Of a stretch of 64,000 nt of DNA, positions 1 through 6,741 are shown in pieces. Source of the DNA: a bacterium (lineage in GTDB: Bacteria; Patescibacteriota; Doudnabacteria; UBA920; 2-01-FULL-46-14); assembly GCA_030700065.1 (NCBI GenBank), contig JAUYKH010000003.1, positions 2,876 through 66,875 on the forward strand, written 5' to 3'. Within the stretch, counting starts at the first letter, position 1. The number at the start of each line of letters is the position of its first letter. The notes beneath the pieces were generated by a model. It was not told where the DNA came from and ran no database searches. It saw nothing but the letters and a program-made list of their open reading frames with translations. The translations under genes were made by a program, and so were the position numbers.

Positions 1-595
1 CCACTTCCGTCTGCTCGCCCAGGAGATCGGATTTTTTTATGGTGAGTTTTTCCTGCTCCGCGGGTTTTGTTCCCATTTCTTTCAGAAATTGATCAACTTT
101 ATCCATACTCATCTTCAGTCCTTTTTGTTCATAGTGCATCGGAATGACAAATCGCGGCTCGATCTGATTGACTATCACCACCGCCTCTTCGGCATCGCAG
201 ACAGTTTTTCCTCCTACCGGAACAAACAAAATATTTATATCCTCAAGCTCTGAAAGCTGGGATTCAGTCAATTCTTTCTGCTTCAGGCTACCCAAAAAAC
301 CCAGGCGGATATCCTCCATGCGGATGGTATAGATGGTGGCACCCTGGCCCGGAATGCCGCGCACAAACAACCCCTTCACATCAAATTCGCCCGGACCATC
401 CACGACAAAAGTATCCTTGCCGTTCAGGGATTCGCGGTTATTGTAGGCAGGATTTTCAATATTGGAAATAATTGCGACGTCGGTTGCGACCCGAGGAGCC
501 GTGAGGCCGACATTTTTGGAAAAAGGGTCGGTTACAACCGTGAGGGTCCCGGACGATATTTTGAAGCAGGACAGTCCAAACCAAGTGATTACCAT
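1..595 (-). CDS. MBL-fold metallo-hydrolase (Lactamase_B_3-like), 3' end outside window
   Basis: Manual translation from ATG at 595: MVITWFGLSCFKISSGTLTVVTDPF..., later 'VPVGG' and 'EPRFVIPMHY', motifs typical of this family. Absent from the ORF track because it runs off the window. Confidence 0.8.
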   Translation of the reverse strand, partial: MVITWFGLSCFKISSGTLTVVTDPFSKNVGLTAPRVATDVAIISNIENPAYNNRESLNGKDTFVVDGPGEFDVKGLFVRGIPGQGATIYTIRMEDIRLGFLGSLKQKELTESQLSELEDINILFVPVGGKTVCDAEEAVVIVNQIEPRFVIPMHYEQKGLKMSMDKVDQFLKEMGTKPAEQEKLTIKKSDLLGEQTEV

Positions 596-724
596 GGATT
601 AATTATACGATAAATTATCTATAATTTGAAGTGCGGGCTCCTCGTCACCCCACGGTCGTCTACTTGAAAACAACACCAAACGTACCTATACTTCTGTGGA
701 GGGTAGCTGTCGTGAGATTTTATT

Positions 725-3070
725 ATGATGAAAAATCTTTTTTACAAAAGTATTATTGCGCTTGCAGTGATCATTACCTTGGGTCAGTTTGGTGTTTGGC
801 GCCCGGTCCGTGCGGTAATTTCACCGCCATCTTTTCCTAATACGACTGCCCCAACTGTATGGGCTACGGACAGCATGGATCGTATAGGACAAACGCGGGC
901 AGCAGGCCTCGGAACCAAAGCTAGTATCTCTGCGGCCAGGGGAGAATACGAGAGTTTTCAAGTAATTGTCCGCTCGCCGAGTCAAGTAGGCCTGTCGAAC
1001 GTTAACTTGACGGTATCTTCGCTGACAGGACCGAACGGGGCTACTATTCCGTCATCTGCCTTTACTCTTTTCCGCGAGCACTATGTCAATGTGTTTCCGT
1101 CATCGCCTTTGTGGGGAACGAATCTGCCGATGGCCGCAGGAATGTACGCTGATGCGCTGATTCCGTTCGTGGACCCCGATACTGGCGCGTCGCTTTCTGG
1201 TGCTACACTCGACGCTGTGCCAACGGCAATCGCGGCCAATCACAATCAACCGTTTTGGGTTGACGTGCTAGTTCCCCGGCAAGCTGCCGCCGGGGTCTAC
1301 ACAGGAACCTATACCGTTTCAACAAATCTTGGAAATATCACCGGCCAGATTGAATTGCGCGTTTGGAACTTCACTCTGCCCTTGAAGCCATCGCTTCGCA
1401 CGTCTTTTCTAGTATGGACTTCGACAAACCTTCCGACATATAAAGAGCTGTTGCGGAATCGTATTGAGCCAAACCGCACTGACCCTTCTATGCAGCAGGA
1501 ATTGATCGATAGTTATGGTCTGGGTGACATAGGTTTACCGTTTTGGAGCGGAGCGGATAACGCTACCTGTACCATGTCTCCATCCTTCTCGGTGGCGCAA
1601 ATTAACGCTTCCAAACTTCAACAGCAAACTGACCTTAGGAAATATGTCTATTCGGCGGACGAGATCAGTTCATGTCCTGATCAGGCTACCTTGGAGGCGC
1701 GCATCAAGGAATGGGGAATCAATTTACACGCCGCCGGAGTGGAACATCTCATTGTAATGCCGCCACGAGCGTCGCTGTTAGATGATGGGACCGGTAAGCC
1801 GTACGTCGACATTTGGCCAGTGCTGCCCGTGCAGTATGACAATAACATTGCAGTAATTGACCAAGCCAAAACGAATTCACAAGTCTGGTCTTACAATACA
1901 CTCGTTCAGGATGATTACTCTCCGAAATGGCTGATTGACTTCGCTGCACCTAACTTCCGTTTGCAGCCGGGATTCATAAGCCAGGCATTGGGTCTGAAGG
2001 GTTTGCTGTATTGGCGTGTGGACCGTTGGCAGACAGATCCCTGGAACAATGTCAACAATGTCGGGGTATTCTCGGCGAGTAATTATCCAGGCGATGGTAT
2101 GCTGGTTTATCCGGGCGCACAAGTGGGTATTTCCGGGGTGGCGCCGTCGCTGCGGTTGAAGTGGCTGCGGGACGGCGTGGACGACTATGACTACGTTGAA
2201 ATTTTGAAAAGCCTAGGCGCCAACATCAAAGCGCTGCAAATCGCTCGCACGGTTGGTCAGGATTGGAACAATTGGAGCCGCGATCCGGCAGCAATCGCGT
2301 CAGCACGAACCGCCTTGGCCGCAGAGATTGAGCGATACAGTGTGTCCCCTCCCTCTCCCATCACCCCTCCCAAAGGAAGACCCTCGGGTACACCCATCAA
2401 ATATCAAGGCAACCCCACCGTCTACTTCTTAGAGAATAACCAAAAGCGAGGCATCCCATCCTACGGTATCTATCTTGCTCGATTCCGCAATCTCTCCATT
2501 GCCACCATCCCGGAGAGTGAACTCTATGACACCGCAGAAACTCTCAATTTCCCTCCCGGTTCTCTACTGAAAATTCCCCAAGACCGCACGGTCTACCTCA
2601 TCCTGGATAACAGCGATAAATACGCCTTCAAATCCATTGAAGAATTCCAAAGATTTGGCTTTAAATTCGACCTTGTCCAAGAAACCACTGATGAAGAGCT
2701 TTCCACCCACCCGACATCCCCGATAGCCAATCTTGATCACCATGCCAGGGGCAACCTCATCAAATACCCCGGAAGTTCCACTGTCTACCGCATTGAGAAC
2801 AACACCAAGCGAGCCTTTTCCTCCCCCGAAACCTTCTTCTTCTACGGGGACTTCTCCCAAGTGATCACCATTGACCCCTCCTTCCAGTACCCCGATGGAG
2901 CTGTCATGCTTATCCCTGAAGGAGCCCTCATCAGAACAGCAGAAGACCCCACTGTATACCTGCTTGAAAACAACACCAAGCGAGCCTACTCCTCTGCCGA
3001 AGAACTCTACTTTGACGGCTACTCCTTTGACCAGGTCAGGATTGGCAGGGGAGAGGAGCTGCCAACTTAA
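725..3070 (+). CDS. Secreted DUF4091/GH123-like protein with C-terminal CPR-type surface repeats
   Basis: Signal peptide; 'ARGEYESFQV', 'NQPFWVDV', 'GDGMLVYPG', 'SLRLKWLRDGVDDYDY'; Pro-rich linker; four 'G.LIK....PTVY.lENN.KR' repeats. Confidence 0.7.
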   Translation: MMKNLFYKSIIALAVIITLGQFGVWRPVRAVISPPSFPNTTAPTVWATDSMDRIGQTRAAGLGTKASISAARGEYESFQVIVRSPSQVGLSNVNLTVSSLTGPNGATIPSSAFTLFREHYVNVFPSSPLWGTNLPMAAGMYADALIPFVDPDTGASLSGATLDAVPTAIAANHNQPFWVDVLVPRQAAAGVYTGTYTVSTNLGNITGQIELRVWNFTLPLKPSLRTSFLVWTSTNLPTYKELLRNRIEPNRTDPSMQQELIDSYGLGDIGLPFWSGADNATCTMSPSFSVAQINASKLQQQTDLRKYVYSADEISSCPDQATLEARIKEWGINLHAAGVEHLIVMPPRASLLDDGTGKPYVDIWPVLPVQYDNNIAVIDQAKTNSQVWSYNTLVQDDYSPKWLIDFAAPNFRLQPGFISQALGLKGLLYWRVDRWQTDPWNNVNNVGVFSASNYPGDGMLVYPGAQVGISGVAPSLRLKWLRDGVDDYDYVEILKSLGANIKALQIARTVGQDWNNWSRDPAAIASARTALAAEIERYSVSPPSPITPPKGRPSGTPIKYQGNPTVYFLENNQKRGIPSYGIYLARFRNLSIATIPESELYDTAETLNFPPGSLLKIPQDRTVYLILDNSDKYAFKSIEEFQRFGFKFDLVQETTDEELSTHPTSPIANLDHHARGNLIKYPGSSTVYRIENNTKRAFSSPETFFFYGDFSQVITIDPSFQYPDGAVMLIPEGALIRTAEDPTVYLLENNTKRAYSSAEELYFDGYSFDQVRIGRGEELPT

Positions 3071-3169
3071 AATACGGGGTTGATTTTTTTATTTGGGCCT
3101 GGTAAGATTGCAGGGTAGTTAAAAATCAATATCTCCAAGCCTTTTTAACTTTTAACCATTCTGTTTTGT

Positions 3170-3210
3170 AGATCCTATCGTCCCGCCGCCGGCGCGACTC
3201 CAGGATGACA
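3170..3210. repeat. REP-like short palindromic element (AGATCC...GGATGACA type)
   Basis: agatcctatcg...ctccaggatgaca; ends resemble those of the element at 6005-6110. Confidence 0.5.
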
Positions 3211-3290
3211 GGACAGAAGTCCTGTCAATTTTTAACCCTTGGACCAAAGATCAGCGTTTTTGGATACTAAGGGTGTCCATTTTTTATAAT

Positions 3291-4484
3291 ATGGCCGATT
3301 CAATCCAATCAATGAGTGAGTTGGTGCAGGACGAGAAAGCCCTGCGGATTTTGCATGAGGGCGATGTCATCCATGGCCGGATTTTAAGCGTGGGGAAAAA
3401 CGAAGTCTATGTGGATGTGGAAGGTGTCGGGGTTGGGGTCGTCCGCGGGCGTGAATTGTATGACGATGAACAAGTTCTTTCTTCGCTCAAAGTCGCCGAC
3501 GAAGTTTACGCTTCAGTGGTTGAAATTGACAATCGCGAGGGGAATATCGAGCTTTCCTTCCGCAAAGCGGGTCAGGAAAGGGTCTGGCAGAGCCTCATGG
3601 AAAAACTGGAGAGCAAAGAGACCGTCACCACCAAGATTCTCGAGGCCAACAAGGGCGGTTTGATGGTGAAAATAAACAGCGTGGTCGGATTTTTGCCCGT
3701 TTCCCAACTTTCGCCCGCCCACTATCCGCGAGTCGAGGATGGCGATAAAAACAAGATTTTGTCGGTTTTGCGCGGGTATATCGGGCAGGATTTTGATGTT
3801 CGGATCATCACTGTTGAGCAGGAGGGCGAAAAATTAATCGTTTCCGAGCGAGCGGTGACCGAGGACGAACTGATGCAGAAGATCAGCAAGCTCTCCATCG
3901 GCGATGTGGTGGAGGGGGTTGTTACCGGCGTGGTCAATTTTGGAGCGTTCGTAAAATTTGGGGATGATCTGGAAGGTCTGGTGCATATTTCTGAACTGGC
4001 CTGGCAGCGCATTGAGGACCCGAAAACTATCATCCAGGTCGGCAACAAAGTCAAAGCGCAGATCATCGCGATTGACAATGATCGCATCAGTTTATCCCTC
4101 AAGCGTCTGCAAAAAGATCCGTGGGAGGACGCGGTCAAAAAATACCGAATCGGACAAGTGGTTCAGGGCAAAGTCCTCAAATTAGCTAGTTTCGGCGCCT
4201 TTGTGGAACTGGATCAGGATATTCAGGGTTTGGCGCACATTGGCGAGCTGACCGACAAAAAAGTTCAGGATGCGTCCGAAGTTTTGAAGGAAGGCGAGAC
4301 CTGCGAGTTTAAGATTATCTCCATTGAACCGGCCGAACATCGGCTGGGGCTGTCAATCAAAGCGCTGAAAAACGCGGAGCCCCTGGCCGCCGCCCCGGAA
4401 CAGCCAAAGGAAGAAACTGCCGAGGCCAAAATCGAGCCCCCCAAAGAGGAAATAAAAGAAAAAACCGAAGAGACGAAAGTCTAA
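3291..4484 (+). CDS. rpsA: 30S ribosomal protein S1 (four S1 domains)
   Basis: Repeated S1 motifs: 'FGAFVKFGDDLEGLVHISEL', 'FGAFVELDQDIQGLAHIGEL', 'GGLMVKINSVVGFLPVSQL'. Confidence 0.9.
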   Translation: MADSIQSMSELVQDEKALRILHEGDVIHGRILSVGKNEVYVDVEGVGVGVVRGRELYDDEQVLSSLKVADEVYASVVEIDNREGNIELSFRKAGQERVWQSLMEKLESKETVTTKILEANKGGLMVKINSVVGFLPVSQLSPAHYPRVEDGDKNKILSVLRGYIGQDFDVRIITVEQEGEKLIVSERAVTEDELMQKISKLSIGDVVEGVVTGVVNFGAFVKFGDDLEGLVHISELAWQRIEDPKTIIQVGNKVKAQIIAIDNDRISLSLKRLQKDPWEDAVKKYRIGQVVQGKVLKLASFGAFVELDQDIQGLAHIGELTDKKVQDASEVLKEGETCEFKIISIEPAEHRLGLSIKALKNAEPLAAAPEQPKEETAEAKIEPPKEEIKEKTEETKV

Positions 4485-4508
4485 AATTTAGGTTATAATA
4501 CAAGCAAA

Positions 4509-4582
4509 GGCGTGAGGGCCGGGCGGCCAGGCAAAGGTCTGCAAAACCTTTTAGACGGGTTCAACTCCCGTTCACGCCTCCA
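4509..4582 (+). tRNA. tRNA-Cys(GCA)
   Basis: Acceptor GGCGTGA/TCACGCC, discriminator T, CCA; anticodon arm AAGGT-CTGCAAA-ACCTT; T arm ACGGG-TTCAACT-CCCGT. Confidence 0.9.
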
Positions 4583-4583
4583 A

Positions 4584-4666
4584 GCATCAGGTCTGTGTCG
4601 CTACGCGACATCTGGCGAAGCCATGACAAAACCCTTATTCACGGGTTTGATTCCCGTCCTGGCCTT
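4584..4666 (+). pseudogene. Degenerate 3' copy of tRNA-Cys with a 31-nt double-hairpin insert (4596-4626) in the anticodon
   Basis: aggtctg[tgtcgctacgcgaca tctggcgaagccatga]caaaacc...acgggtttgattcccgt aligns to tRNA-Cys aggtctg|caaaacc...acgggttcaactcccgt. Confidence 0.7.
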
Positions 4667-4667
4667 A

Positions 4668-4750
4668 GCGAGAAAGGTCTGTGTCCCTGCGGGACATCTC
4701 CCGAAGGGAGACAAAACCGCGTACACGGGTGAGACTCCCGTTCAGGCCTT
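4668..4750 (+). pseudogene. Second degenerate 3' copy of tRNA-Cys with a 30-nt double-hairpin insert (4682-4711) in the anticodon
   Basis: aaaggtctg[tgtccctgcgggaca tctcccgaagggaga]caaaacc...acgggtgagactcccgttcaggcct. Confidence 0.7.
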
Positions 4751-4757
4751 TTGGAAA

Positions 4758-4843
4758 GCCCGGGTGGTGGAATGGTTTACACAGAGGACTTAAAATCCTT
4801 GACCCTAACGGGTTTGTGGGTTCGACTCCCACCCCGGGCACCA
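4758..4843 (+). tRNA. tRNA-Leu(TAA)
   Basis: GCCCGGG/CCCGGGC acceptor, ACCA end, anticodon loop CTTAAAA, long variable arm, TTCGACT T-loop. Confidence 0.93.
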
Positions 4844-4930
4844 AATGTAACTTGTTCGGAATTGACTGCTCCGCCCACCGTCCGCTCGGCGGTTGAAGCA
4901 TATTGAATTTTGGGGAAAGGTTTTTTGAAT

Positions 4931-5665
4931 ATGTATAATGGAAAACGTATTTTTATTATATTTCTCGGGGTGTGGCTTTTACTTTCGACATTCGCAGTAA
5001 CTCTATTTTCGTTAGGCAATCCAATAATGCGCGCGGTTATAGGAATGGCGTGGGGAGTTATTGTTTTTTGGATTATGATTTGCGGTAGCCTTATGTATCG
5101 TTTTCGCGAACCAATTCGAAACGCTGTAATAAAAATTCGACTTCCTTGGCAGATAAAATTCGTTCTTTTTGTAACCCTCCTCGCGCTTCTCGAAGAGACA
5201 ATCACCACAACAATGACGAACCTCGCGCCGGTTTTTGGTGTAAAGATTGGGGAAGCATATATTACCGCGTCTGCAAATTTTTTTGATGTTGTATTTTTCC
5301 ACAGTGCCATCAATTTTATAGGTCCTTTTATTTTTTGGGCACTTGCGCTTCAGCGATATAATTTTAGCCCATTCGCCGCATTTCTCACCTTTGGAGTTAG
5401 CGGTGTATTCGCAGAAGTATCGTTTAGCGGCCCACAGCATTTTTCAGAATTTGGGTTCTGGATTTTTGTCTACGGACTTATGATTTTTCTCCCCGCTTAT
5501 TCGCTCCCTTCAGCAGAAGCGCGCGGCGCGCGACCGGCAAAATTTTATCACTACATTCTGATGATATTTTTGCCAGCGCTTTTTGTTCCCTTATTTGCAT
5601 GGATTCCAAAAGTAATTGACCCCGCTCACCCGCAACCAACACATTTTTTACCGCTTAAACCTTGA
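4931..5665 (+). CDS. Multi-pass membrane protein of unknown function
   Basis: About 7 hydrophobic segments; 'LLEETIT' and 'GVFAEV' motifs; AT-richer than the flanks. ATG 4931 preferred over TTG 4910. Confidence 0.7.
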   Translation: MYNGKRIFIIFLGVWLLLSTFAVTLFSLGNPIMRAVIGMAWGVIVFWIMICGSLMYRFREPIRNAVIKIRLPWQIKFVLFVTLLALLEETITTTMTNLAPVFGVKIGEAYITASANFFDVVFFHSAINFIGPFIFWALALQRYNFSPFAAFLTFGVSGVFAEVSFSGPQHFSEFGFWIFVYGLMIFLPAYSLPSAEARGARPAKFYHYILMIFLPALFVPLFAWIPKVIDPAHPQPTHFLPLKP

Positions 5666-5728
5666 GTACTAAGAATTTGCTGCCAGAGCACAAAATTAGT
5701 ACACTAATTTTGTGAGCGCTACCACCCC

Positions 5729-5998
5729 ATGAAAAGAACAATTTACATTTTGGCCTTCACGTTTTTGGGTTTTTTGCTCCAGTTTTTGATTCATGCCTGG
5801 GTTGAAATTTGGTATATCGGGCTTCTGATCAGCAATTTCTCGACATATGGCCTTGGTTTATCCTGGCAGCAGTGGTTTTTGGTTCATCATGTGCTGGCGG
5901 TGATATTATTGATAGCGGGAATTGTGTTTGGGTATTTGCAAGGCCGTTATTGGTGGAAGCAGATATATGTGCTTAAGCGGTGGAGAAAGAAAATTTAA
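5729..5998 (+). CDS. Small two-TM membrane protein
   Basis: 89-aa ORF with two hydrophobic helices and a basic C-terminus. Confidence 0.65.
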   Translation: MKRTIYILAFTFLGFLLQFLIHAWVEIWYIGLLISNFSTYGLGLSWQQWFLVHHVLAVILLIAGIVFGYLQGRYWWKQIYVLKRWRKKI

Positions 5999-6004
5999 AA
6001 TTAT

Positions 6005-6110
6005 CTGGATCCCCGCCTCCCGCCCGCCTGAACTCCCGCCTGACTTCGAAAAGACGAAGTCATTTCGGGCAGGTCGTCCAAGCGAAGTCGGGCAGGTCGC
6101 GGGGATGACA
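6005..6110. repeat. Nested REP-like palindromic elements
   Basis: Outer ctggatccccgcct...cgcggggatgaca encloses two nested cccgcc...cgggcagg units; the innermost has a tgacttcg-aaaaga-cgaagtca hairpin. Confidence 0.6.
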
Positions 6111-6115
6111 ATGAC

Positions 6116-6436
6116 ATGATTCCGCTTGAAGAATTCAAAAAATTAGATCTGCGCGTCGCGGAGGTGATAGCCGCCGAGAAAGTGGAAGGATCGGACAAAC
6201 TCCTCAAGCTTCAAATTGACATTGGCAACGAAGAACGGCAACTGGTGGCCGGCATCGCTCAATTTTACGCGCCGGAAGATATGGCAGGTCGCCGAATTGT
6301 CGTGATTGTCAATCTCGAGCCGAAAATTTTTTTGGGATTAGAGTCCCAGGGGATGCTCCTGGCAGCTGATGACGAGGGCCGGCCGGTACTCTTGGAGCCC
6401 CATTCGCCAGTTCCGCCGGGCAGCAAAATAAGATAA
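6116..6436 (+). CDS. tRNA-binding OB-fold protein (MetG C-terminal/Trbp111/CsaA family)
   Basis: 'FKKLDLRVAEVIAAEKVEGSDKLLKLQIDIG', 'VNLEPK..LGLESQGMLLAA'. Confidence 0.88.
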   Translation: MIPLEEFKKLDLRVAEVIAAEKVEGSDKLLKLQIDIGNEERQLVAGIAQFYAPEDMAGRRIVVIVNLEPKIFLGLESQGMLLAADDEGRPVLLEPHSPVPPGSKIR

Positions 6437-6461
6437 TTTAGGCTTAAATAAGCTATTTTTG

Positions 6462-6485
6462 AATGCGCCAGTCGACTGGCGCATT
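6462..6485. repeat. Perfect 24-bp palindrome
   Basis: aatgcgccagtcgactggcgcatt equals its own reverse complement. Confidence 0.8.
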
Positions 6486-6574
6486 GATTTTTGTCTGCTT
6501 TTGTGCTAGGACGTACAATCACCAGAGTTATGGTGATATAAATCAAAAACAGCAGGGCGGGCAGCATTTAGTTC

Positions 6575-6617
6575 AAACACGGGGATCGAATTGGATTCAT
6601 TGACCCCCGTGTTTTTT
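6575..6617 (+). terminator. Intrinsic terminator-like hairpin upstream of the rpoB promoter
   Basis: aaacacgggg...ccccgtgttt followed by a T-run; TTGACA lies just downstream at about 6624. Confidence 0.45.
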
Positions 6618-6741
6618 GTTAACTTGACAAATTTTTCTATGGGAGTAGGATAGAAGTATGGAATATGGGAGAATATGGTGAAGCCATTAATTTGGCCCTT
6701 TTTGTTTTTGCATCTAGGGATGTATTTTTGTGTCCCAAAAA

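Noticed and set aside
655-702. DGR template repeat paired with about 2960-3001
   Set aside because: Mismatches are not confined to adenines and no reverse transcriptase is present in the window.
4596-4711. Group I or canonical tRNA introns
   Set aside because: The inserts are only 30-31 nt and the host copies lack the 5' acceptor strand and D arm, so splicing would not yield a complete tRNA.
4512-5313. ORFs 4512-4793, 4665-4901, 4681-4896 and 4777-5313
   Set aside because: They overlap tRNA genes or lie antisense to a better gene and show no protein motifs.
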